Part shown: piece by piece, positions 1 through 48,270 of the stretch
Numbering within the stretch: position 1 is the first letter of the stretch
Layout: every line of letters begins with the position of its first letter
Source of the DNA: the human T2T-CHM13v2.0 reference genome, Homo sapiens
Strand: one strand, 5' to 3'
DNA: 64,000 bases
Assembly: GCF_009914755.1 (NCBI RefSeq)
Contig: NC_060930.1
The notes under the pieces: model-generated
What the model saw: the letters and a program-made list of their open reading frames with translations, nothing else
What the model was told of the DNA's origin: nothing
Database searches by the model: none
Position numbers and translations under genes: made by a program

Positions 1-119
1 GCCCTAGGTCCTCCAGGAAACCTGAAGCATCCTCAGACGGGTGGGAGGCAGGGAGACGAGGTCAGGGAATGCTTCACTTCTCCTCTGGGGTTTGCGTGAG
101 CTCACCCTTCCTTTATTCT

Positions 120-1130
120 TTCAGCTATTCAGTAAATATTCACTGAACACAACTATCTTCCAGGCATATGCTTAGAGCTGGGGATACAGAGGTGACCCAA
201 ATGGGTCTTGCCCTCAAAGGTTTGACAGAACTAGTGGAAGGTAAACAGACCATTAGCGATAGCCAGGGCCATCACTGGGATAGGTTTCAAGGACCACTGA
301 GCTCCAAGTCTGCTGGGGCAGTAAAAAGACTTCCCTGCCAAGGTACCATGGAAGCTGGATCTTTTTATTTTTGTTTTTAACAGGGTCTCATTATGTAGCC
401 CAGGCTAGAGTGCAGTGGTGAGATCACAGCTCACTGAACCTCCAACTCCTGGGCTCAAGCAGTCCTCCTACCTCAACCTCTGAGTAGCTAGGACTACAGG
501 TGTACATCACCACTTCAGCTAATTTTTGAATTTTTTTGTAGAGACAGGGTTTCATTATGTTGCCTGGGCTGGTCTTGAACTTCTGGCCTCAAGTCATCCT
601 CCTGCCTCAACCTCCCAAAATACTGGGATTAAAGGCATGAGCCACTACAAGATTTTAAAGGGCAGTAGTTCTCCAGCTGACAAGAACATGGTGCGTGCCA
701 GGCATGGTGTAGCTAGGGTGTAGTGATGGTGAAGTTAGAAGACAAGCATGAAATGTCATTGGAAATAAAGGCTCAGGACTGGCACAGAAGGCCACGTACA
801 CTGTGCCAAGCAGCCAGAACTTAGCTCTGTCAGGCAGTGGCCCACAGGAGACACAAGAAGTACCTGAACTGTGGCAGCAGCAAGGGGGATCAGGAGGAGG
901 ACTGTCCTTAGGACTCTGAGGAGTCCAAATGGGGCCACTGAGTAGGTTTTGAGCTATTAACCTCAAGATGGAGATCACGGGAAGAGGACAGGTCAGGGGA
1001 GGATGTTGTGAGGAATGAGTTCAGCTGGGGGTAGGTTCAGCTTCAGGTCTTGAAAAATATCATCGGAAGTATCTATAAGTAGGTGGAAATATAGGACTAG
1101 ATAGGAAGCAGAGAAGGGAGCTAGAGCTAT
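120..1130 (-). mobile_element. Degenerate L2 interrupted by an Alu
   Basis: L2 tail-like ttcagtaaatattcactga...ccaggc, followed by a purine-rich L2-like body. Confidence 0.5.
362..647 (-). mobile_element. Alu (old, J-like)
   Basis: T-rich tail then antisense Alu dimer. Confidence 0.92.
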
Positions 1131-1224
1131 AGATCTGCAAATTGAATATGCGGAATTAGAGCTAGGAGAAAAGTGGGGTTAGGGATATAGATTTGGTGGT
1201 CACTGGCATATTGGTGGTGCCTGG

Positions 1225-1450
1225 AGCCATAATGCCCCACTACGTGCTGTCCGCCTATTTCGTGAGGGACCTTCCACACAAGTCATCATCAGTAACACTC
1301 CAAACATCAGTAACAGAAGTTTATCCTCCCTATTTTCCAGATGAGGATGATAAAGCTCAAAGAGGTGAAGAAACTTGCCCAAGCTCACCCATTGACGTGG
1401 CTGGGATTTAAACTTGGGACTATTTGACCACAAAGCCAATGTTCTTTCCA
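1225..1450 (-). mobile_element. MIR
   Basis: tttccagatgagga...aagctcaaagaggtgaagaaacttgcccaag core. Confidence 0.7.
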
Positions 1451-2749
1451 TCACCCTTGCTGTCCCTCAGAGAGTCCCCTAGGGAGGTCATGTAGAGTGA
1501 GAAGTGAAAAAAGCCAAGCTAGAAGCCCAAACTCTCCAGCATGTAAGAGGCCAGCAGAGAGAAAGCAGCCAGCAGGAGATGCAGGAGAAGAAAGTGCTCC
1601 AAGAAGCGGAAGAAGAATGTTCAGAGGTTTTGGATGAGGCAGAGATGTCAGGCTAGATAAGGACCGGCAAACAGCCCTGGATATGAAGACGTGGAAGTCG
1701 CTGGAGACTTTGGGGGAGGGGTGGCAGAGGGAGTCTGGGACAGAATGCATTAGGGCCAGGGATGAAAGGGAAGCAGTGTCATGGAGACCTAGGGCAGAGA
1801 AGTTGGGAGCCTGGAAGGACAAGAGGCAGCAGGGTCTGGGTTACTTCCCTGTTGCTACTATAGGATGCTGCAGATCTTATTGTGTTTACAGGGGGAGCTG
1901 AGGTGAGACATTCAGGCAAAAGAGGGGATAACTGACAGAGCCAGCTCCCTGAAGTGGCAAGAGGGGATGAGATCCAGGTACATGTACATGGTATTAGGTT
2001 TGGCCAAAAGGATGGACCCCTCTCCCAGCAGTGGAGAGAGAAGGGAGCAGGCGATAGGAGGCTCACGTTAGATGGCTCCTGGCTTTTTGGAGAAACAGGA
2101 ATTGAGGATGCTGATTGGAGAAGTATGGGGGCTGGGGTTGGCAGAAGGGAAACAAGTTTGGGAGGGCAGCTGTGTGGAAGTGGACAGGGTGCAGGCCTGG
2201 GGTGGCTGGAGATTTGCCTTGTGATGTGCAGGGGTCTGGAACCACACATCGGTGATGATGCCAGTTGGCAGGGTAGAGATTTTTGTTTCCTTAGTGAAAG
2301 CAGCTGGGGCACAGGTGGAGAGGAAGCAGGTGGCAAGGTAACTCAGGAGTGGATGTGGGCAGAGAGGAGGGGTGGGAGGAAACTGGGGTGAAGGGCCAAG
2401 GGAGCTAAACTGGAGGTGGCCTAAGTGTCTGGAGGAGAGGCTGGAACAGGTGTGGGCAGCTTGGATTGGGTTCCCTCTGCCCCATGTCTTGGCAGGGCTG
2501 CCTGTGGACCTCTCTGTAAAGCCAACACTAAGGGCCTGGGAACAAGGTACTCCTAAAATCCCAGCGCTGGGAAACAGACTTTGAGAGAGGGTTACTTCCA
2601 AGCCTCTGCCTATATGGCAAAATGACTCCTGAGCTACCCTGAAGGAGTGCAAAGCAAGGACAGAGTCAGCCTGTCCACCAGCCTAGTAAGATCCCCTCCC
2701 TCTGATTAGGGTGTGAGTGGCAAAAGTGTATCAAGTCTCTGTGAATTCA

Positions 2750-2975
2750 GAGGAGGCAGTGTAGACAGCTGAGGAGGTATACAAGCTTCAGAGTCAGGCC
2801 TGGCCCCAAGTCCTGGCTTTCTTCTTTCTTAGTCTGTCATCCTGGGTAAGTTAATCTACCTGAGCCTCAGTTTTCCCACCAATAAAATGGGGATAACAAT
2901 TCCTGCCTTACAGGCTCGTGATGGAGTGCCTGGTATAGTGCCTGGAACATAGAAAGCACTTGGTAAATGGTAGCT
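2750..2975 (+). mobile_element. MIR
   Basis: ctgagcctcagttttccc...taaaatggggataaca core. Confidence 0.8.
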
Positions 2976-3205
2976 ATGAGCTCTAATTTGTGTCTCGGGG
3001 TGTCTATGTCTTCTTAAGGTAGAGTAGGAGGTGCAAGACAGTAGGGATGGAGAGACTCCAGAGCTACCTAGTGGGCAAGTGAATATTCTTCTAACTGCAT
3101 AATGTATAAGTGCTGATGACAAGGGCAGTGTGCTGGAATGCATGGAATTTTTGGAACCTTCTCAGTAGGTATGTATGACAGACAGGAACCTGTTGGGGGT
3201 GGTGA

Positions 3206-3634
<429 letters not shown>

Positions 3635-3654
3635 TGAGAAGTAGTGGAAAGAAC

Positions 3655-4120
3655 AACAATAGCCTCTACCTATTAAATGCCTACATGTGCCAGTGCCAGG
3701 TGTTTTCTATATATTATCTCATTTAATTAACACCAATAACCCTACGAGGTTTTTATCCCCTATGTCAGATGAGAAAACTGAAACTCCCTGAGATTGAGTA
3801 ATTTCCCTGAAGTCACAGAGGTAGAAAGCACCAGAGCTGAGATTTGAATTGCAGGTTTGTTTAGAGCCCACACAGACACTGATGGACGGACACTTTTGAG
3901 GTCATATAACCATATCTATTTTCCAGGTGAGGAAGCTGAGGCTCAGAAAAGTGAAACAACTCACCAAGAAAAATAGATGGCTGGGAAATGGTAGGGCCTA
4001 ACAATGATCTCAGGGCAATCTACTTCCAGCTTGTATGTGCTCTCCATTAGACTATATGGCACTGCCCATCGAGGTAGGGTCATTGGACTCATTTTATATA
4101 TAGGGAAACTGAGGAGCAGA
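3655..4120 (-). mobile_element. Cluster of MIR fragments
   Basis: Repeated gatgagaaaactga / gaggaagctgaggctcaga cores. Confidence 0.65.
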
Positions 4121-6875
4121 AAGAAAAAGCAACGCTCATGGAAGGAGACTTTGCAGGGGAGGGGAAACCCCTGAGCCTGGTGGGCCCTGGCAGAAGGATC
4201 CCTAAACAGGACTGAACCAAGATCTATCAGCTAGGGGATCCCTGACCCCTGCCAGTCTTCTCCTCAGACATTTTCAGGAGCAAGTAGAATGAAACAAATG
4301 TCAGAAGCATCCCTGAAGGAAAATGAAGCCCCAAAGCAAACTGCAACCTTAGAGGTGCGTGTAGGAGGCCCAGAGCCCACTGGACATTTTGCCCCTGCTG
4401 GTTATGATATGGCACGTGCTGCTGCTGCTTTTGTAGTACCACTTGCAAGTGCCATCTTGTTGTTCCTTCCCTGTCATCTTCCTGAGTTACTGTCCAACTG
4501 AGTCCCTGCAGAAGAGGACAGGGCAAAAGGCAATATGAATTGGACCAGCACCTCAATTCACAGTGTCCTGGTGATATAAGCCCTGCTTCTACTCCTGTAG
4601 AATAGTCTGAAGGGCTGAGGGTACTCTGGAATCAGATTGGGTGAGTGGCAGCAGGAGAGAAGAGCAGGGAACTGCCTCTTTTTGCCCAGATGTGGAGGAG
4701 TAGCTCATCTGGTCCAAGAGGAAAAGAGGAAATCATCAGAGGAAAACTGGTAGGATGAGATAAAAGGCAACTACGGGGCATAAAAATCAATCTTCCAGAG
4801 ACATAGTGGCTTAGGTGGAAGAACCCACCAAACCTCCCTCCCTGAAAGCCAGGGCAATATCCGTACTCAGAGGGCCGGGAAATCACCCTGAACTGAAGGC
4901 CCCAAATAACCCATAATCCCCCTATAGAATCCTCCTTGCCCACCTCAAGGAGGATGTAGGGGCCCTCCCTCCAACCCCCCAGGGACCCGGAGGAGCTACA
5001 CTAGTGTCCAAAGAAGGCAGAGGCAGAGCAAAGCAAGGCAGCGTGCCATCTCCCCTCCCAGCCGTGGGGGAGCTCCTCGGCTCTCTCTCTCTGTGCCCCC
5101 ATGGAGATCACAGACACCGTCCGGCAACCTCCACTTCTTTCTCCTTTTTTGAAACCATTCTCTTGTTGGGGGCAAAAAAGATGGCAAATTTACACTTGTC
5201 CTCCAACCCTACACATAATTGGTGGCAGCAGGCAAAACCGCTGCAAGGGGAGGGTTTTGCCAGTGGAATGAAGGAGGGAGGGCATCTTAGAGTGACAAGG
5301 ATGGGAGGGACCTCAATCATCTGACCCAGCCTTGCTGTGGCCTCCACACCATTCCCATGATCTATGTGCTCCCATCCCAAAGGTCATCTTTGATGCTATG
5401 CAAGGTTCTCCAGGACTCCTCCCCCAGGCTTCCTTGGGGCACTGCCCCCTTTCCACCACTGAGTGAATCCACTACCCTCTTGTTTTCTGAGGAAACTGAG
5501 GCCCATTGACATATGACTTGTTCAAAAGTAATCTTCATCCCAGGATAAGAAGTTTGAGTCTGTTTCCATCCTACTTTTCCACTGAATCCCTAGGAAAGGA
5601 AGGGCTCAGCTCTTCTCCCTGGTGGACAGCACCATTGCCAACAAAGTCCTCCCCTTGCCCCAGCTGATGTGGGCAGCCAATATGGAAGGTCTCAGAACTG
5701 AATCACCTTTGAGGAGATCTTGGTCATTGCCTCTTCCTCCTGGGTACGCTGAGGGCTCTGTGAGGCTAGTCTGGGTCCTAGCAGCATCTTCCCTGTAGAA
5801 AACTGGACCTGGCCTGGTCTCATTCTGAACACAGCCTCACACTCCAAGAAAGTCTTCATAGCCTTTCAAGAGGTCTTTCCTCTTTCCCTTACAATGGAAG
5901 GAAAGAAGATACAGAGTGGGTGAACAGTCAAGAGGCAGCATCCATGGTTGGAAGACCCTGCTCCTTCTGCGGTTTGCCCCTGTTTTAAAAATATCCTTTC
6001 TCTTTCCTCTGCTTCCCCTCAGTTGGAAGGATGAAGGGTTCAGAATGGACCAGTCAGGACCACCTCTTGAAGCGGGGTGCAGGTTTGGAGGAGCCTCTTG
6101 TACCTGTCTCTATGTCTCTGTGTTTATACACATAGACATGATTCTGTGGGGTAGCTTTCGCCCCTGTGCTGACCACATGAGAGTGTCTGTATGTGAGTCC
6201 ATGTCTCTGCGGGTAGGGTGGTTCATTAGGCTTACCTCCAAGGCCTTAACTGCAAGGGAGTCTGCCCTGGAGCTGGCAGTTTTAGCAGGCGGAGGCTACT
6301 TTCTTTTTGGTCCTCAAAGTGGACTCGCATCTAGGAATGGGGACTGAGTCTTGAGGTTGGGGGTGTGGTAGGTGTAAAAGTTGAGAGGTTGTTACTCGGC
6401 CTGGTGTCGGAGGCGGTGTGTTCCGAGGTCCTATGTCCCCTGTCAGGCTGTGTCGGTGGACACGCCCGAGTGCCCGTGTGTCCGTGTGTCCACGTCTGCC
6501 CCAGCCTCCCCAACACCTCGCACCCTCTTTGTCTCGGGTGGAGGTGTGCGTTCAAACCTGGCGCCGCACGGCCGTCCTCGCGAGCGAGCGCGGGGACGCA
6601 CCCTCGCTCCCCGACTCTTTCCTAGGGGAGCGAGGACGAGTCGGAGCCCGGTGCTGTTTGGTCTGGAGCCGAGCGGAGCTTGCATTGATCCATTGATTGC
6701 GCGCGGTCTGCGCCTGACCTCCCTGCTCCCGGGGAAGCCGTCTCCATGGAGACCAGGCCCGCTCCCCCATCGCCGGATTGTAAATTCCTGCAGGCAGCGG
6801 CCCGGCAGCCTGGGGAGGGGGCCACCGCGCCCGGGCGCGCAGGGGGAGCGGCCACCGCGCCGAGGCCCCATTTGA

Positions 6876-7062
6876 AAGAAAAAAGGGCACGAAAAAGGAG
6901 GTGGTGGAGAAGGAGGAGGAGGAGGAGGAGGAGGAGGGGGAGGAGGAAGAAAACGAAAAGGAGCGAGGAGAGGAGGAGAAAGAGGAGGAGGAGGAGAAAG
7001 GCGAAGAAAAAGAGCCTGAGAGACGGAGAAAGAGCGAGAGAGGAAGAAAGAGAGGCAGAAAG
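6876..7062 (+). repeat. Purine-rich (GA) tract including (AGG)9 at 6911-6937
   Basis: Read directly from the sequence. Confidence 0.95.
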
Positions 7063-7319
7063 GGCGTGTTTCTGGCGCTGCGTTTCCCCTCCCCTTTCTC
7101 AGGTCCTTCGCTCGGGCTCTGCGCGCTCTCCGGCTGCAGCTCTCTCCCGGCGAAGCTGGGAATTGGGTGGGATTACACGGAGCAGCCCCGCCGCCGCCGC
7201 TGGCAGAGGCCGGCTTGGAGAGGGCGGGGGTTCCCCTCCGTCAGTCGCCCCTGGCGCCCCTCGCCTCGTCGCACTCTCCGCCTCGCTCTCCCCGACGTCC
7301 GGCCAGGAGGAGCCGGTAG

Positions 7320-41785
<34,466 letters not shown>

Positions 41786-43793
41786 TAACCCTAGGCTCAG
41801 AGACCCAATTTTTTAAGCCCCCAGACTCCTTAGCCCTCAGAGCCGGCAGCCCCCTACCCTCAGACAAGGAACTCTCTCCTCTCTTTTTGGAGGGAAAAAA
41901 AAAATATCACTACACAAACCAGGCACTCTCCCTTTCTGTCTTTCTAGTTTCCTTTCCTTGTCTCTCTCTGCCTGCCTCTCTACTGTTCCCCCTTTTCTAA
42001 CACACTACCTAGAAAAGCCATTCAGTACTGGCTCTAGTCCCCGTGAGATGTAAAGAAACAGTACAGCCCCTTCCACTGCCCATTTTACCAGCTCACATTC
42101 CCGACCCCATCAGCTTGGAAGGGTGCTAGAGGCCCATCAAGGAAGTGGGTCTGGTGGGAAACGGGGAGGGGAAAGAAGGGCTTCTGCCATTATAGGGTTG
42201 TGCCTTGCTAGTCAGGGGCCAAAATGTCCCCTGGCTCTGCTCCCTAGGGTGATTCTAACAGCCCAGGGTCCTGCCAAAGAAGCCTTTGATTTACAGGCTT
42301 AATGCCAGCACCAGTCCTCTGGGGCACATGGTTTGAGCTCTGGACTTCCCACATGGCCAGCTTTCTTGTCTATACAGATCCTCTCTTTCTTTCCCTACGT
42401 CTGCCTGGGGTCTACTCCATAAGGGTTTACAAATGGCCCACAACACTGAGTTAGTGGACACCGGCTAAATGAGGAAGAGCAGCAGGCATTGTCATGGTGA
42501 ATGCCCCGCTGTAGCTCCCTGAGAGAAAGACTGTAACTCTGCAGGACAGAAACAAGGTTTTAAAGCATTGCCAAAAAAAAGAAAACAGAAAGAAAAAATG
42601 TATCATCTAAAGGACTAGACACAGAACAATTGGAAGTCAACTTCAAACACTAATCCCTTTTCTTGTCTTCCCTGGCCCAGCCACCTCCTCAGCCCCATGT
42701 GATGCTCCCTGGGGGAGCCCTACTCCCCTTGCTACATGTTGTCCTTAAACATGGTTATTGACCTGAAGCCAGCCTAGGCCTTGCCCTACAGTTGTTTTTC
42801 CCTTGTAGCCCCAGCTGGCTTGTGGGCTTCACCAAAGAGGACCCCACTCTGAAGCCAGCCTGGAGCCACCTACCTCTGGCCTCAGGCTGTGGGCAGCAAA
42901 AGGAATGTGTGTGCACTTGGCGAGCCTCCTGCCCACCCTGTCCACACCTAATAAGTGCAATCATTTTGAGTCTTTCTATGTTGTCTAGACGGAGGGGTTT
43001 TTGTTTTCTGGGTTTGTTTTTTGTTTTTGTTTCTTCTTCCTCTATTAGCAAAACCCTATTTATAGCTGCCCAAGAGAAAAGAGTGTATGTTTGGAGTGGA
43101 AGAAAATCGGTTTTGAATCTCATGAACCTTGAGTGCTGGAGCATCTGATCTGTCTCTATGCCACCACTGGCCACCTAGAGCCCTTGGCTGTGGTAATCCA
43201 GGGTAATTGCGCAGAGGCATCTGATGTGTAGGAAAGTAATTCTGGGGATTTGATGGAGCAGAAAGGAGAGAGACCTATGTTTGCTAAACCAATCTTGCTA
43301 TCCCTATGCCTCTCCATGGAGTCAGTGTGGACCTCATGATTATAGAGGCCAATGGAACTGGTCAGTGATTCTCTACCCCAAGTAGGGAAAACCTCCATCT
43401 TTTCCCTGTCTTCATCCTGTTATCCCCTGGTGTACACATGGAAGAGGACCAGGACATACCACCTGGGGATGGGCTGACTCAGGGTCCCGAGGCCAGAGAC
43501 AAAGCTGTGGGAGCCAAGAATAAGACAGAAGGCATCAGATATTTGCCTGGCTCTGGTCACTTCCCTTTGAAGTTGACTTCAAGCTTAGCTTCCTCAACTA
43601 CTGTTTTTCAGAAGGAAGAAAGAATCAAATGGAAGAAGAATCAAGTCCATGCCCAAGCCCAAAGCCTGCACACATTCTGCCCTTAATCCAAGTGTTGCCT
43701 ATAAAATTATTTTCTGTTTTCTCACTCTAGTTCCCCCAAAGCTGTAGTCCCAATCAATCAAAGGCTACCAACTGAGTCCTCAGGTTCATTTCT

Positions 43794-43840
43794 TTTTTTT
43801 TTTTTTTTCTTTTTAACTCTCCTGGTAACTCACAGAACAG
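43794..43840 (-). mobile_element. Tiny retro-insertion (26-nt body plus poly(A)) with a 15-bp TSD
   Basis: CTCAGGTTCATTTCT at 43779-43793 and 43841-43855 flanks a T tract plus unique sequence. Confidence 0.75.
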
Positions 43841-44213
43841 CTCAGGTTCATTTCTAGGTGACTGTCCTAGGCTACTGCTCCCCCAGGAGACTCAACACTA
43901 AATAAAGGAGTCTGACTCCCTGCCCTCCCATCAGTAGCATTCATCAGCCAAAACGGCCATAGCAGTAGGTAGCCAATGACACAGCTAGATTCCCTGACAA
44001 CCATTAGCCAACATCATGGTCCTTGTGGGTAGAGTGTCTGGCTACCTTTGTCTTTCTGGGTCAAGGAGGGCCACTGTAAAGATGCAAAATGGCTGCTTCC
44101 AAACAAGGGAAATGGTCATTTAGTATGAGTGTCTCTGTACTTCCCAGGAAGCACCATGAAAACTGCTTTAATCAACTCTGACTATCCTAATTCTCCACCA
44201 GAAGCTAGGATAA

Positions 44214-44543
<330 letters not shown>

Positions 44544-46133
44544 TGATTCCTCTCTGCCAGCCGTTTTGCGTCTCTTGGAAAGCCAAACGGTGACCATGCT
44601 TCTTAATTTATGCCTTCAGGGTCTGGCTTCTCCTTTCTCCCTTCCTTTCCTGTCACACCATGCATACATACATACAAATACACATCCTTCAACCATTTAT
44701 TCCATGGCTTATGAGACCTGCAAATGAGTTCCACAGTACGGAAGGCATAGACCACTAGGCTTCTTAATTGATGTCAAGGCAGATCTTGGTGAGCAGGTAA
44801 AAACCTGCTATTGTCCACCAAGTTTAATTTAGGTCCTCCAAGTTGGAGGGTTAAGAACCCAGGCAAAGCTGCTGCTGAATCTATGGAGGAGGCTGGCCCT
44901 GGGACATCAAACTAGGGGTTAACTGGATTGAATGAGGAGTCAACGCTCAGGGACATTCTAGGTCTTTACAGGTCAGACAGAAGAGAGGTTTTTACCATTG
45001 GAGGGAAATGGAAAGATGGTATAAATAGGATCCCTTCATGAAGCAACCCAGAGGCCTCTCTGCAGCGTGTAGGGTGTGGGGCGACAGTATTGTGGGGCTT
45101 CCATTCATCTTAGTACAAAACCTCACCTGCTCTGAGCCTGGAAATGGGAGGGCTTCACGCACCAAGTAATGCACACCAGAAAGGCACTTATATCCTCAGC
45201 AACATGGCAGTTCCTCTTTACTTCTCTGCCTCCCTCTTTCTATATTATCAGGCCATGCCTATTCCTACAACCTGAGACAACTCTTGGAGTCAGAAGAAAA
45301 CTGACCAGATCCTGGATCTGAGCTGCCTGCTCCAGGCCTAGAAATCCCCAAAGGCTGGCACTGAGCTGTGACTGCTTTAACAGCCCCCAAGATTTGGTCA
45401 GTTTGAGGTGGTGGAGACTCAGATTTGTTGCTGAAAGTTCAGTAACACAGTCCTGGTCTTTGGCCCTAGAGAAACTTTTTATATGAGAAGTGTTCTCTAT
45501 ATACATGTTTGAGGTGACTCTGGAATGGATTATGAGGTCATATCTCAAAATGTCAGAAAACGTTATAGAGCACTCGAACTTTTGTATTTGCTGCTTAACC
45601 TCAATATTACAGCCACAAACAAGGGGTACCAAGACAAAGTATAACTGAGCATAAGCAGAAAATGTTAACCCTCCAGGTTTCTTTCTTAAGCACAATAAAA
45701 GTGGGAGCGAACAACACAAGGATATTTTTACATTTGACCCGTCTCAAAAGTAGCACACCCTATCCTTGTGCCATTATTTGTACAAGGAAATATATGATTA
45801 GAAGGAATAGAACCCCCAGTTGTCATCAGCTTTTTTAGACACCACAGGTTGTAGCAGTTTGAACAAACTGAAAACTTTATACTTCTGTGTGAGCTGAACT
45901 CAAGTTTCAGAATAATCATCGCCATGTGGGAGGCTTTTTGTTAAATGCAGAAGAAATTTCAAAATATTGTATTTATATCTGCCTTCCACTGCTGCCAATT
46001 TAGTAAGCATCTCCTATACAATCGACAATAAACAGCAAATGATGCAGTTCATAGAGTATTTTGCACTTGGGGAAAAATATGTATCTGAATTGTAAAAAGA
46101 AATGTTTGGATTTTGTATGTCTTTTTTATTATT

Positions 46134-46139
46134 ATTAAA
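46134..46139 (+). terminator. Probable distal polyadenylation signal (ATTAAA)
   Basis: Preceded by TGTA and U-rich elements, CA about 20 nt downstream, followed by a pyrimidine-rich tract. Confidence 0.6.
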
Positions 46140-47491
46140 ATACTAAATGAAACTCCTCAGCCCGGCATCTTTTCCTCTATCTCAATAGCTTATCCCAGAG
46201 CCAGAAAAAGCCTTGAGGAGACAATGTCTTCTGGCTTCCAGATAAAACTTAACCCAAATTTTTTGGCAACTCATCCCTAATGATTTTAAAATTTGAAAAG
46301 GCTTGTCTTTTCTCTGTCCTTAAAAGCAGCATCAAGTATTATCTCCTGAGGGGGATCTAAGGAGTGGGGGAAATTTATTGTTCCTCCTCTCCACAGTACA
46401 GTCCACAACAGCTGGCCAGCCCACAGGTGGTTCAGCACCTCCCTACTCAGGATGTCCCACCTCTAGGAAAGCGCCAGCACTGAGGGTCACCCAGTGTCAT
46501 TCTTTGTATGCAGTACACTCTTAGCCACCAAATAGTATTGTGAAATACAGATCATTTAGTCACTACCACCATCACTACTCCTACAGGGCAGGAGAAAGCA
46601 ATCTCCAATCTCTATTATAAATGAACAGTCCCAATTTCTAGGCTCAGAGATATAGATAAAACTTTGCTGTTGCAATTATATAATTCCCTTTCATGAAATT
46701 TTATTGGATTTAATATCTACATGATATAGCCATTTAAGAGTATAACTTGAGCAACAAGGAAAAATCTACCTGATCAAAAAACATGTGGGGTGGCCTATCA
46801 GAATCTTAAACTTACCCTTTAGCATCTATAATGAAGATACAGATGAAGTACATTCATTCCATAATTACTGAGATCCTATTATATGCCAGGTAGTGAGCAC
46901 CTGCTCATCAGCTTATTGACAATAGCCATGCTCAAGATCCACACTCCTCATGTAACTTTCTGATTATAATTGATCTTCCCAGATAAGATTTACCCAACAG
47001 GAGCGATAATCCAGTTCACTTGGTGGCTGTAAGTATAAAAGAATGCACTGGCATTCTATTATGTACATTAACTTCCTATGAGTTTGATTTAATGTGACAA
47101 AACATGAACACCTTTGTGTGGACTGACCCAAAATCACACTTCTAGAACTGCAAAGCCAAGGACCATATCCATGACCTTCACACTATACCAACTTGGAGCC
47201 ATCCTCTTTGACTTCTCTCATAACTCACTTCTATTCTAAGAACAACACGTCTTCCTCCTTACTTCGTAGGACATTTGCTTTGGTGTCTCAAAATAATGGA
47301 TAGTCAGGGACATTGGAGTTTGGATATGCCTATATTAAGAAGTCTTCCAAGTGGGGTAAATGAAGATTTTTCCTAGGGTACGTAAGACTGCAAGGAATAC
47401 CCAGGAAATAGCCTCAAATCAGTCTGAGGAGAGTTTTAAAGGAATAAATTTCCAGATCCTCAACTTCCCTATAAAATATTTTCTAAAACCA

Positions 47492-48270
<779 letters not shown>

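Noticed and set aside
1451-2652. ORFs of 120-194 aa upstream of SCUBE3
   Set aside because: Purine-skewed, probably degraded repeat sequence; no domain and no convincing splice structure.
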